DNA of 57,715 bases, taken from NCBI GenBank assembly GCA_947573965.1, contig CANPHV010000001.1:1-57715 (forward strand), read 5' to 3'. Made by a program: the position numbers and the translations under genes. This stretch comes from an uncultured Clostridium sp. Its GTDB lineage: Bacteria; Bacillota; Clostridia; TANB77; CAG-508. The notes under the pieces were generated by a model. That model made no database searches. It saw only the letters and a list, made by a program, of their open reading frames with translations, and was not told the origin of the DNA. Every line of letters starts with the position of its first letter. Position 1 is the first letter of the stretch. Below, in pieces: positions 1 to 10,133 of the stretch.

Positions 1-63
1 AATAGGTTTATAGGTAAATCCTCTAACTAAAAACCTAAATACATTATACAAGGAGGAAGAAGA

Positions 64-603
64 ATGGAACAAGCAGTGGAATTATTAATAGATAAAGTAA
101 CGCAAATTTCTAATACACAAGAAAAAATACTAGAAATAGTAGATGGAATGCAAGAGAAGTTAATCAAAACAGAAAAGATAGTAATTGAAATGCAAAAGAA
201 GCAAAACGAGATGGAAAAGACAATAATTGAAATGCAAAAGAAGCAAGACGAGATGGAAAAGACAGTAATTGAAATACAAAAGAAGCAAGACGAGATGGAA
301 AAAGTGCAAGATGGAATGCTAAAAACACAAGAAGAAATGAGAAGAGATTTCCGAGAAATGGTAAAAAGACAGGACCGAATGGAAGAAACACAAAAAGAAA
401 TGCAAGAAGAACTAACCAGAATAGGAAACACAGTAACCATAATGGAAAACGAACATAGCCAAAAAATAGACCTAATATTAGAAGTTATAGTAGGACATAC
501 GGAAAAGCTAGAAGAAGCAGACAAAAAGCACGAAAGAAACAAAAAAGTAATTGATATACATGGACACAGAATATATGCATTAGAACAACAAAAAGAAAAG
601 TAA
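64..603 (+). CDS. coiled-coil repeat protein, function unknown
   Basis: ATG 64 preceded by AGGAGGAAG RBS; 179-aa E/K/Q/M-rich ORF with three tandem 14-aa units IEMQKKQxEMEKTx; no catalytic motif recognised. Confidence 0.6.
   Translation: MEQAVELLIDKVTQISNTQEKILEIVDGMQEKLIKTEKIVIEMQKKQNEMEKTIIEMQKKQDEMEKTVIEIQKKQDEMEKVQDGMLKTQEEMRRDFREMVKRQDRMEETQKEMQEELTRIGNTVTIMENEHSQKIDLILEVIVGHTEKLEEADKKHERNKKVIDIHGHRIYALEQQKEK
184..309 (+). repeat. 3 x 42-nt in-frame tandem repeat inside the coiled-coil gene
   Basis: units 184-225, 226-267, 268-309 differ by a few substitutions only. Confidence 0.85.
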
Positions 604-641
604 AAAAGCCTATTAAAGGGAAATACAATAGGCTTTGAAAA

Positions 642-3009
642 TTATTTCAATTGGGCAATCGTAACACCCATTTCACCCTCACCAAAAGAACCTAAGCGAA
701 AAGAATTTATGTGAGGATGTTTTTTCAAAAATTCATGAATACCGAGTTCTCAATTTTCCAGTACCTTTACCATGAACAATACGAACATTTTCTAATCTAG
801 CCAAACTACAATCATCTAAAAACTTATCAATCACAAAAATAGCTTCTTCAACATTTAAGCCAATCACATTAATTTCAGACTTTACACTTTTCGTTTTTGA
901 AATGTGAGGTAAACTAGTACTACTAGAACGAGGAGAGGACTTTGAAGTAGTTTTCGAAGCGCTTAAATACTTAACATTTACACTCATTTTTAAACTTCCA
1001 ATTTGAACTTGCACTTCATTTGATTTAGAAATATGAGAAAGCACAATACCATTTTGTCCAAGAGAGGTTACAAAAACTTCTTTGTTTGGTTTAATTTCTT
1101 GTATTGGAAGAATATCTTTTTTAACTTCAAAAGAATTCGTATCCTCTATTATATCCATAGAATTGATATTTCTAATTTTAGTATTTAATGTATTTCTAGC
1201 ATTTTCCAAATCTTTACGATGGCTGAAAGAAGACATATTTTTAATAATTTCAGTAGCATCTTCTTTAGCTTCTAGTAAAATATTTCTGGCTTTTATCTTA
1301 GCATTATGAATTAATTCTTGTTCTTGACGCTTAATATCGTCATTTTCCTTATCTAAGGAACTTCTTAATTTAGTGATACGCTCTAATTCTTGGGAAATTT
1401 CAATTTTTTCTTTTTCAATAGAAGCTTTATTATCATAAATACTTTTTAACAAATTTTCAATATCAATTTGACTAGAAGTCATCATCGATTTTGCTTTCTC
1501 AATAATAGCATCATGCAAACCCAATTTTTGACTAATTTCAAAAGCATTGCTTTTGCCAGGAATGCCAACTAATAATTTGTAAGTAGGGGTTAGCGTAGAA
1601 ATATCAAATTCTACAGAAGCATTTTCAAAACCATTGCTTACAAGGGCGTATTGCTTTAATTCTTGATAATGAGTAGTAGCAATGGTTAAACTACCAATTG
1701 CTTGAAAATAATCTAAAATACTGATGGCTAAATTAGCACCTTCTAAAGGGTCAGTACCAGAGCCTAACTCATCTACTAAAATCAAAGAATTTTCTGTGGC
1801 CTGTTTTGTGATTTCTACAATATTGGACATATGGGAAGAAAAGGTACTCAAAGAATTGCTAATGCTTTGATTATCTCCAATATCAGCAAAAATATTGTCA
1901 AAAACATAGATACTAGAATTTTCATCACAAGGAATATTAAGTCCACTACAAGCCATACAAGTTAAAAGTCCCACTGTTTTTAAAGTAACAGTTTTTCCAC
2001 CTGTATTAGGACCAGTAATAACTAGCGTATTAAAATTACTACCTAAATCCAAAGAGATAGGGACTATCTTTTCTGGGGCAATTAAAGGATGTCTAGCATT
2101 TTTTAAGTGCAATTCTTTTTTACAATTAATAAGTGGCGTCGTTGCTTGCAGTGATTTAGAAAATTTTGCTTTGGCAAAGATAAAATCTAATTCACCAATA
2201 AGACGAATATCTAAGGATAATTCCTCTACATAAGGAAAAAAAAGCTTAGTTAATTCTTGTAGGATTCTTTCAATTTCTAATTCTTCTTCTTTTTTTAGAC
2301 GATTTAGTTCGTTATTCTTTTCGAAAACAGAAATAGGTTCGATAAAAACTGTAGAACCAGCATTAGAAATATCGTGAATAAACCCCTTTATTTGAGAACG
2401 GTATTCTTCTTTGATAGGAATAACAAACCTTTCATTTCGTATGGTAACAAGGCTTTCTTGTACATATTTAGCATAAGTAGAAGAATGAAGCATATCATTT
2501 AATTTTGCTCTAATTTCTTGTTCTAATTTTCTTTTTTGGTTACGAAGGGATTGTAATGTTTTAGAAGCTCTATCATCTAGGGTATTTTCATCTATAATAC
2601 AGCGAAATATTTTTTCAATAATATTTGTATTGCTGTATAATTGCGAAAATAAGCTAGAGAGAATAGGATATTCGGAAATATCGATAAAATCTTTATTAAA
2701 ATAATCTTTTAAATCTTGTGATAATTTAAAAATGTGAGCAAGATTTAACAGACTTTTTGCGGATAAAGAATGATTACTTTCTAATTTTTTTAGTTCGATA
2801 GCAAAGCTATCTGCTATCTTAAAAAAAGGTGGAAATCCATTACGATAAGATAGATTAACAGCTTCTGCTGTCTGGGCTAAAAGCTTAGTTACGGTTTCTT
2901 TTTGATGATTTGGTAACAAATGAATGGAAAGTTCTTTTCCTTGCGATGTCAAGCAAAAGTGACTTAGCATTTCTAATATTTTACTAAATTCTAATTTTTC
3001 TAAATACAT
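642..3009 (-). CDS. mutS2: endonuclease MutS2 (MutS domain V ATPase + C-terminal Smr); needs +1 at CGG 742-744
   Basis: GPNTGGKT Walker A, DELGSGTDP, C-terminal HGKGTGKL Smr motif. Track ORF 733..3009 stops 2 codons after an in-frame CGG. Skipping the C gives GIHEFLKKHPHINSFRLGSFGEGEMGVTIAQLK ending at TAA 642-644. Confidence 0.9.
742..744 (-). other. in-frame CGG / +1 frame-break site (mutS2)
   Basis: coding strand ACT CGG TAT TCA TGA; +1 reading ACT (C) GGT ATT CAT GAA restores the Smr tail. Confidence 0.85.
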
Positions 3010-3147
3010 AGTTGGTCTCCTAAAACTTTAATATTTGTTATTATTATAGCACAAATGGGGAGGATAAAACAAATCTATTGCAAAAAATACAAACTTGTGA
3101 TATAAAATAAAAAGAGAAAATAGAGCACAAGAAAAAGAGGTGAAAAA

Positions 3148-3883
3148 ATGATAAAGGCTTATGCAAAATCAGATATTGGAAAAGTAAGAGAAATCAATCA
3201 AGATGATTACTATATATCTGAATCATTAGATGAAGTGCAATTATATATGTTAGCAGATGGAATGGGAGGCTATAATGGCGGCGAAATAGCCAGTAAGTTA
3301 GCTATCCAGACAGCCAAAAGTTATATCGAAAATAATTTCCAAGAGGTCAACAAAGATAAAGATAGCATTATTCAATTAGTAGGTAGTGCCATGGAATATG
3401 CTAATATGGTAGTATATGAAAAATCCAAAGAGAGCAAAGAATTAGAAGGAATGGGTACTACTTTAGAAATTTGCTTAATATATAATAATAAGGCATTTAT
3501 TGGACATGTTGGAGACAGCCGAATTTATCGAATTCGAAAAGCATTTATGAGAAAATTAACCCAAGACCATAGTTATGTCCAAAAATTAGTAAAGGACGGA
3601 ACCATTACCCAAGAAGAAGCCATCCACCATCCACAAAAAAATATGTTAATGAAAGCACTTCGGATGCAATGCATTTGTTGAGCCAGATGTCATGGTAAGA
3701 GGATTTTTAAAAGAGGATATTTTTGTGATGAGTTCAGATGGACTAACCAATTTAGTGCCACAAGAAGAGATATATAGAATTGCTAAAAAAGATATAGAAC
3801 AAGCACCAAAAGAATTAATTAAAATTGCCAATGAAAATGGAGGATATGACAATATAACGGTTGTTGTTATCAAAAATATATAA
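3148..3883 (+). CDS. prpC: PP2C-family Ser/Thr phosphatase; needs +1 at CGG 3661-3663
   Basis: LADGMGGYNGGE, GDSRIY and SSDGLTN motifs; split into track ORFs 3148..3681 and 3692..3883; +1 restores KALG-CNAFVEPDVMV. Confidence 0.9.
3661..3663 (+). other. in-frame CGG / +1 frame-break site (prpC)
   Basis: CTT CGG ATG ... TGA in frame 0; CTT (C) GGA TGC AAT GCA in +1 continues the PP2C domain. Confidence 0.85.
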
Positions 3884-3902
3884 ACGCCTTTAAGGGGAAG
3901 GA

Positions 3903-5882
3903 ATGAAAAATATGAATTTAGAAGGAAAGCTATTAGGAAATCGATATGAAATGGTCGAAAAAGTAGGAAATGGCGGGATGTCTACGGTTTATAAAGCAGT
4001 TGACAAGGTTTTAAAAAGAAATGTAGCAGTTAAAATATTAAGAGATGAATTTACGACAGATGAAGAGTTTATCAAAAGATTTGAAGCAGAAGCACAATCA
4101 GCGGCAAGGTTAACTCATGCTAATATTGTTTCTATTTATGATGTAGGAGTAGAAGGAAATTTGCACTACATTGTAATGGAATTGATACAAGGAAAAACGT
4201 TAAAAGAAATCATTATTAAAGAAAGAGGACCACTGCCATGGAAATGGTCTGTTAATGTTGCCATTCAAATTGCATCTGCACTAGATATGGCGCATAAGAA
4301 CAATATTGTACATAGAGATATTAAACCACATAATATCATAATTACGGAAGATGGAATTGCTAAAGTAACCGACTTTGGTATTGCGAAAGCAGTGTCGAAT
4401 TCGACAATTACAGCATTTGGAACTACTATTGGTTCAGTTCATTATTTTTCACCAGAGCATGCTAGAGGTGGCTTTACAGATGCTAAATCAGATTTATATT
4501 CTTTAGGTGTTGTTATGTATGAAATGCTAACTGGAAGAGTGCCATTTGATGCGGATACACCAGTTTCAGTTGCCTTAAAGCATATGCAAGAAGAACCAGA
4601 AGAACCAATTGAAATCAATCCACATATACCAGTAGCTATTAACAAGATTATTATGAAAGCCTTGCAAAAAGATGCAACTTTGAGGTATCAATCAGCTTCT
4701 GAAATGCTAAGCGATTTGAAAAAATCATTGAAAAATCCCGATGGCGATTTTGTAGAAGAATTAGAATATGATAATACTGCGAGAACACAAAAAATTGATA
4801 TGGATGAATATGGAGAAATAGAAGAACCATATTCTAAAAACAAAAAAGGTAAAAAAGAAGGTAAATTTAAAAAGTTTATTAAAAATCATAAAGTGCTTAG
4901 TGTTTTTGTTGGTCTTATTCTATTATTTTCACTAAGCTTGGGAGGAACTTTAGCAGTACTAAATATGACAAATCCAGCAGAGGTAGAAATGCCAAATGTA
5001 GTGGGCATGTCAAAAGAGGAGGCGCAAAAAGAAGTAGAGGCTGCCAAGCTAGTATTTGAAGTGGAAAAGGAAGAATACCACAAGGAAGTTCCAGAAGGTT
5101 TTGTTATTTCACAAGACCCAACTTATATGGAGAGATTTAATAAAGTAAAAGAAGGTAGCATTGTTAAAGTTGTTATCAGTAAAGGACAGGAAAAAGCGAC
5201 AGTTCCAAATGTAAAAGGAAAAGAAAAAGACGAAGCGATTAAATTAATAGAAGAAGCAAAACTAAAGGCAGAAATTATAGAAGAAACGAGCAAAACGGTA
5301 AAAGAAGGATTTGTTATTAGTCAAGAAACAGACCCAGATACGGAGGTTTTAGCAGGAGATACTGTGAAGCTTCATGTAAGTACTGGTACAGGGATTAAAG
5401 AGGTTTCAGTAGTTAGTGTAATTGGTCAATCAGAAGCCAATGCAAAGAAAACATTAGAAGGCTTAGGACTAAAGGTTAATGTGGCTTATGAGGAAGATAG
5501 TTCAAAAGATAATGGGGTTGTATTAAAACAAAGTCTGGATACTGGAAAAGTAGTTGATGAAGGAACTACCATTACGATTACTGTTAATAAGTTAGCAGAA
5601 AAGAAAAATGCTACGATATATGTTAATGTAAAATCATTGACAGGTGGCTATACAGAAACGGAAAATACAACAACAACGAAGAAAAAGGTAAAATTAAGAG
5701 TAGAAGCAAATGGAGAAACCATCTATAATCAAGAGGTAGATAAAAATGAAACACAAGTTAACACTGGAAATGGAAAAGTAGTAGCAACTGGAAATGTTAC
5801 TGTAAAAGTTTTTATAGATGAGGTTAAAGAAAGAGAAAAAGATATAGATGTAAGAACAACAACTAATTATACATTTGATTAA
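3903..5882 (+). CDS. prkC: Ser/Thr protein kinase with extracellular PASTA repeats
   Basis: Hanks motifs GNGGMSTVYKA, VAVK, HRDIKPHN, DFG, SPE; one TM segment; three PASTA-like repeats; start may be the ATG at 3912. Confidence 0.9.
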   Translation: MKNMNLEGKLLGNRYEMVEKVGNGGMSTVYKAVDKVLKRNVAVKILRDEFTTDEEFIKRFEAEAQSAARLTHANIVSIYDVGVEGNLHYIVMELIQGKTLKEIIIKERGPLPWKWSVNVAIQIASALDMAHKNNIVHRDIKPHNIIITEDGIAKVTDFGIAKAVSNSTITAFGTTIGSVHYFSPEHARGGFTDAKSDLYSLGVVMYEMLTGRVPFDADTPVSVALKHMQEEPEEPIEINPHIPVAINKIIMKALQKDATLRYQSASEMLSDLKKSLKNPDGDFVEELEYDNTARTQKIDMDEYGEIEEPYSKNKKGKKEGKFKKFIKNHKVLSVFVGLILLFSLSLGGTLAVLNMTNPAEVEMPNVVGMSKEEAQKEVEAAKLVFEVEKEEYHKEVPEGFVISQDPTYMERFNKVKEGSIVKVVISKGQEKATVPNVKGKEKDEAIKLIEEAKLKAEIIEETSKTVKEGFVISQETDPDTEVLAGDTVKLHVSTGTGIKEVSVVSVIGQSEANAKKTLEGLGLKVNVAYEEDSSKDNGVVLKQSLDTGKVVDEGTTITITVNKLAEKKNATIYVNVKSLTGGYTETENTTTTKKKVKLRVEANGETIYNQEVDKNETQVNTGNGKVVATGNVTVKVFIDEVKEREKDIDVRTTTNYTFD

Positions 5883-5967
5883 AATAAATAATAAAAATTC
5901 AATTAGACAATTGCTAATTGGATTTTTTTTCTATATAATAAGAATATCAGAAATTAAAGGAGGAACC

Positions 5968-6878
5968 ATGCAAGGAATAATCATAGAAAACATTGCAAAC
6001 TTATATAAAGTAGCAGTCAAAATCCCCAATCAAACCCGGAACCAGTGGGGAAATTTACGAAGCAACAGCAAGAGGAAGGTTTAAGAAAGAAGAAATTACA
6101 CCAGTTGTAGGAGATTTTGTTGAGGTGGAGATAACGGAGGAAGAAAAGAAAAAGGCAGTTATTAATGAAATATTGGAAAGGAAGGTATATGTAAAAAGAC
6201 CGAAACTTGCTAATATTACACAAATCGTTTTTGTGGTTTCAAGTCAAAATCCGAAACCAGATTTGTTGTTATTGGATAAACAGTTGGCTTTTGCAGAATT
6301 TTTGGGGATAAAAAGTTTGATTGTGCTAAATAAGACGGATTTAGATGATAAGGAAGCCTTTAAGGAAATTAAAAAGATATATGAAGAAATAGGCTATAAG
6401 GTAATGGAAACAGAAGCGAAAAATCAAAAAGGAATTGAAGGGTTGAAGCGATTGTTAAAAAATAATATCAATGCTTTTTCAGGAAATTCAGGGGTAGGAA
6501 AGTCAACCTTGATTAATGGGATTTTTGAGCAAGATATGACGCAAGAGGGAGAGATTAGCCAAAGGAACAAAAGAGGGAAAAATACAACAACGGCTATTAA
6601 GTTATATGAAATAGATGAAAATACTTATATAGCAGATACACCACGGATTTTCAACGTTTTCGATTGAGGAGATTGAAAGTAACGATTTGACTAATTATTT
6701 TGTGGAATTTACGGACAAAATAAAAGGATGTGAATTTGTGGGGTGTACACATATTAAAGAGGAGAATTGTGGGATTAAAAAGGCAATGGATAAGGGAGAA
6801 ATTTCACAAGATAGATATGAAAGATTTAAAAAAATATATATGCAATTAAAAGAAAGAGAGGAGAAAAAGAAATGGTAG
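5968..6878 (+). CDS. rsgA: ribosome small-subunit biogenesis GTPase RsgA; needs two +1 events (CGG 6037-6039 and 6644-6646)
   Basis: OB-fold N-terminus (RGRFKKEEITPVVGDFVEVE), permuted GTPase motifs NKTD, GNSGVGKST, DTP(G)F, C-terminal Cys/His cluster GCEFVGCTHIKEENC; pieces lie in track ORFs 5875..6084, 6125..6667, 6687..6878. Confidence 0.85.
6037..6039 (+). other. in-frame CGG / +1 frame-break site (rsgA site 1)
   Basis: ACC CGG AAC in the ATG frame; ACC (C) GGA ACC AGT GGG GAA ATT TAC GAA joins to the OB-fold frame. Confidence 0.8.
6644..6646 (+). other. in-frame CGG / +1 frame-break site (rsgA site 2)
   Basis: CCA CGG ATT ... TGA; CCA (C) GGA TTT TCA restores the conserved DTPGF motif and the C-terminal Zn-finger frame. 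Confidence 0.85.
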
Positions 6879-7537
6879 AAGTGTCAACATCTATATTATC
6901 CATTAAAGAAGGAGAGGAGGCAAATGCTTTTTTAGCGTTAGAGGTAGCAAAAACAGATTATTTCCATATTGACGTTATGGATGGGAAGTTTGTAGAGAAA
7001 GATACGTATGAAAAAATGTTTCAGAATGCTTCGTATATTAAAAGAATATCTAATTTGCCATTAGACGTTCATTTAATGGTAGAAGATATTAAGGGGGCCA
7101 TTGATGATTTTCTAGCAGTAGAGCCTAATATCATTACATTCCATTTAGAGGCTTGCAAAGACAAAGAAGAAGTGTGGGAAATGATACAATATATTAAAGA
7201 GAATGGATGCAAAGTTGGAATTTCAGTAAAACCAGATACGAAAATAGAGGAAGTATATGAGTTTTTACCTTATCTTCATATGTGTTTAGTTATGACTGTG
7301 GAACCGGGAAAAGGAGGACAAACTTTTTTAACGGATATGGTACATAAAATAAAAAAATTGAAAAAACAAGCAGAGGAACAAAAATTAGAACTAGATATAG
7401 AAGTAGATGGTGGAATTAATTTAAGAACGGCTCCAGAGGTAAAGAAAGCAGGGGCTAATGTGTTAGTGGCAGGAACAGCAATTGTACTTGCAAAGGATTT
7501 TAAAGTGATTATTGATGAATTAAAAAAAGAAGGTTAA
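6872..7537 (+). CDS. rpe: ribulose-phosphate 3-epimerase
   Basis: DVMDGKFV, HLMV and VEPGKGGQTF motifs; 221 aa; overlaps the rsgA stop by 7 nt. Confidence 0.9.
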   Translation: MVEVSTSILSIKEGEEANAFLALEVAKTDYFHIDVMDGKFVEKDTYEKMFQNASYIKRISNLPLDVHLMVEDIKGAIDDFLAVEPNIITFHLEACKDKEEVWEMIQYIKENGCKVGISVKPDTKIEEVYEFLPYLHMCLVMTVEPGKGGQTFLTDMVHKIKKLKKQAEEQKLELDIEVDGGINLRTAPEVKKAGANVLVAGTAIVLAKDFKVIIDELKKEG

Positions 7538-7558
7538 TCTTGAGACTAACCTTCTTTT
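7529..7558. terminator. bidirectional intrinsic terminator between rpe and the convergent membrane-protein gene
   Basis: 8-bp stem GAAGGTTA/TAACCTTC, 10-nt loop, A-run upstream and TTTT downstream. Confidence 0.7.
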
Positions 7559-7571
7559 GGTTTCTAAAATT

Positions 7572-8750
7572 TTATTCTTTTACTTCTTTTTCTTTTAAAA
7601 CTAAACTAGAAACTACAATTCCCATTCCTAATATAGAAACGATAAGTCCTAAAACAAATCCAACATAAGGAATTAAACCAACTAGCCATAAAACAACAGC
7701 TGTTGCAATTAACATACCAAAAGTTCCCATTGTTTTTTCGATTTTTAATTTGTTACAAAGAATCTTGTTAAATGTAATAATAAATATTGCATTGCTTATC
7801 ATAATTAATCCAAATAAAACTAACAATAAGACAAATCCTAAGGTAACAGTAATGTCTAAAACAAAGAATAGGATAGCTAGTGCAAATAGGATAATTGGTG
7901 TTAAAGCTCCTAATCCGATAACTGGTAAGATTTTCTTTGTGGTTAAAAGTGAAGTATTGTTCTTTAAGAATTTTGGTGCAAGCCATAAGCATAATAACCA
8001 AATAACAACAACAGTAATAACATAAGTTCCTAAGTTCATAATAGTATCTTGGATTGAGTTTTCTTTAAAAGAATTTTGTTGTTCAAAAGTGGTTTCTCCA
8101 CTAACAATACCTTCTGGAATTGAAACTTCTTCTTTGGCAGAGTAGTTTAAGTTACCGTTAATAGCTGCGCCAGAAGTTCCTTCTTCTGCATTTTCTTTGG
8201 TGAAGTTTAAGGTATTACAATCAATAGAAGCATTTCTTCCAACAGTTCCAAAAATATTAACGGTATCAGAACCTACGTGAATGTCACGATAAACATATCC
8301 ATTAATTGTTGTATTTTGAGAAGCTGCATATAAATCATATACAACACCATTGATGGTAACATCTTTAGATGCGGTAAATAGGTTACTAAATACATAGCCT
8401 TGTTCTCCAATAGTAACGCTACCAGCACAAATGAAAGCGTCTCCACCAATTTGTGAGTTAATGGTAACATTGTTTGCGAAAACAAATAAGTTTCCATCTA
8501 CAATATAGTCGATAGTAACGTTATCACCAGCAAGGTAAACGTCATTTTTTTTGAAATTTTCGTCTGATGTTCCAGGTGTATTAGTTGTTTGAGGCATATC
8601 TGTTGAAATATTTTCAGCAGTTGCTTCTGGACTTGTTACTTCGGTATTAGCAACAGGTTCGTCGTCTGCTCTTACGATAGGCAAGGTAAGGGCTAAAATA
8701 AGCATAGCGATAAGAGCGATAATTTTAAGTTTGTTTTTGTTTTTTAACAT
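7572..8750 (-). CDS. secreted/membrane protein with beta-helix-like (bactofilin-like) repeat region and C-terminal multi-TM domain
   Basis: N-terminal signal peptide (KLKIIALIAMLILALTLPIV), repetitive V/I-x-I-N-G segments (DVTINGVVYDLYA, NTTINGYVYRDIH, TVNIFGTVGRN), then 4-5 hydrophobic helices; GGAGG RBS. Confidence 0.6.
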   Translation of the reverse strand: MLKNKNKLKIIALIAMLILALTLPIVRADDEPVANTEVTSPEATAENISTDMPQTTNTPGTSDENFKKNDVYLAGDNVTIDYIVDGNLFVFANNVTINSQIGGDAFICAGSVTIGEQGYVFSNLFTASKDVTINGVVYDLYAASQNTTINGYVYRDIHVGSDTVNIFGTVGRNASIDCNTLNFTKENAEEGTSGAAINGNLNYSAKEEVSIPEGIVSGETTFEQQNSFKENSIQDTIMNLGTYVITVVVIWLLCLWLAPKFLKNNTSLLTTKKILPVIGLGALTPIILFALAILFFVLDITVTLGFVLLLVLFGLIMISNAIFIITFNKILCNKLKIEKTMGTFGMLIATAVVLWLVGLIPYVGFVLGLIVSILGMGIVVSSLVLKEKEVKE

Positions 8751-8842
8751 GTGAATTCCTCCTAAATTTTTAATAATATATATATGTAAAAAATATATAA
8801 CTTTATTGGTATTTTGTCAATAATAAAATGAATTTTTTTGTG

Positions 8843-9487
8843 CTATTTTTGGTCTGTTTGTGAGTGATAAAATTGACAATAAGCGTTAACAACACAAGTA
8901 TCACATTTTGGTTTTCGGGCAATACAAGTATTTCTTCCATGCCAAACGAAAAGGTGGTTAATATCTTTTAGAACTTCTTTGGGAAAGAATTTTATTAAGT
9001 CTTGTTCTATTTTTTCAGGTTCTTTTTGTTTGGATAGTCCCATTAAATTTGAAATTCTTTTGGCATGTGTATCTACGGCAATTCCTTCTGCAATGCCAAA
9101 GACTTCTAATAAAATAACATTTGCACTTTTTCTGCCAACACCTGCTAAAGTAGTTAGTTCCTCCATAGTATGTGGTACTTCGCCACCAAAGTTTTCGATA
9201 ACTTGTTTCGCACATAATTTAATGTTTTTGGCTTTATTTTTATAAAAGCCACAAGGATGAATTAAATTTTCTAATGTGGCTAAATCGATATTGGCAAAGT
9301 CTTGAATGGTTGGGCAATGTGAGAAAAGAGCAGGGGTTGTCTTGTTGACTCTTTCGTCAGTGCATTGGGCAGATAACATGACAGCCACAACTAATTCAAA
9401 TGGCGTGGTAAAGTCTAAACTGCAAGTTGCGTCAGGATATCTTTTTTTTAAGGCTTCGACAAGGACAATGGTTTCTTGCTTTTTCAT
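8843..9487 (-). CDS. nth: endonuclease III
   Basis: HhH-GPD core (LAGVGRKSANVIL, VDTH) and C-terminal 4Fe-4S cluster CIARKPKCDTCVVNAYC. Confidence 0.9.
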   Translation of the reverse strand: MKKQETIVLVEALKKRYPDATCSLDFTTPFELVVAVMLSAQCTDERVNKTTPALFSHCPTIQDFANIDLATLENLIHPCGFYKNKAKNIKLCAKQVIENFGGEVPHTMEELTTLAGVGRKSANVILLEVFGIAEGIAVDTHAKRISNLMGLSKQKEPEKIEQDLIKFFPKEVLKDINHLFVWHGRNTCIARKPKCDTCVVNAYCQFYHSQTDQK

Positions 9488-9662
9488 AAAATTACCTCCA
9501 CTTTCTATTTTACAGGAAAATGGGGGGATTTGTCAATATTCATAGAATAATATCAGTATGAATGACTAGTTTTAACAATATATCGAATACGTTTAACATA
9601 AAAAGGAACCAATAATAAGTATCAATAATATAATATACAAAAACAGTGGAGGTAATAGTAGT

Positions 9663-9812
9663 ATGTTAAAATTATTTAGAAAAACATTGGCGATTTGTTT
9701 AATTGGCTTTGGCTTAGGGATTTTGTTAGTATTATTACTTCCCATAACAGGTTGGCTATTTATCATTGGCGTAGTAGTTGTTTGTGTTGGTTTTATGTGG
9801 CTTGCTTGTTAG
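9663..9812 (+). CDS. 49-aa two-helix membrane peptide (not in ORF track)
   Basis: ATG 9663 preceded by GTGGAGGT RBS; MLKLFRKTLAICLIGFGLGILLVLLLPITGWLFIIGVVVVCVGFMWLAC; TAG at 9810-9812. Confidence 0.5.
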   Translation: MLKLFRKTLAICLIGFGLGILLVLLLPITGWLFIIGVVVVCVGFMWLAC

Positions 9813-9834
9813 AATATAAAGGAGGGAGATACAT

Positions 9835-9909
9835 ATGACAGTCGTCGTAAAAAAAGTACCGAAATTTTTGAGGGGATTTGTAAAATTAATATTTGGCATT
9901 AAAGACTAA
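9835..9909 (+). CDS. spoVM: stage V sporulation protein M (24-aa amphipathic peptide; not in ORF track)
   Basis: AAGGAGGGAG RBS 7 nt before ATG; MTVVVKKVPKFLRGFVKLIFGIKD resembles B. subtilis SpoVM MKFYTIKLPKFLGGIVRAMLGSFRKD; lies between rpe and rpmB, as in Bacillus. Confidence 0.75.
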   Translation: MTVVVKKVPKFLRGFVKLIFGIKD

Positions 9910-9930
9910 TAAGTCTAATAATGAAAGTCA

Positions 9931-9973
9931 AAAAATCGTGATTGAAAGAAAGAATCAATCATGATTTTTTTTT
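9931..9973 (+). terminator. intrinsic terminator after spoVM
   Basis: stem ATCGTGATTGA/TCAATCATGAT (one mismatch) followed by a T9 run. Confidence 0.75.
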
Positions 9974-10025
9974 ATAATTGTAGAAATAAGATTACGTAAT
10001 TGTAAAATAATTTTGTCTAATTTTA

Positions 10026-10054
10026 TTGATTTAATTAATAAGGAATGATAAAAT
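10026..10054 (+). promoter_or_regulatory. sigma-A-like promoter for the 780-aa surface protein gene
   Basis: TTGATT, 17 nt, TAAAAT. Confidence 0.45.
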
Positions 10055-10133
10055 GTAGCAAAAACGACAAAGAATGTCATACGAGCATTGAAAGATAAAA
10101 AGGAATTAATAAACAAAAGAGAGGAAGATTTTA

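Noticed and set aside
27-542. Long antisense ORFs in the track (for example 27..542-, 164..391-, 13075..13548-, 15666..16040-, 30595..31122-, 41956..42258-, 47920..48222-, 57312..57701-)
   Set aside because: They lie opposite strongly supported genes, lack RBSs, and have the S/F/I/L-rich composition typical of shadow frames of A/G-rich coding DNA in AT-rich genomes.
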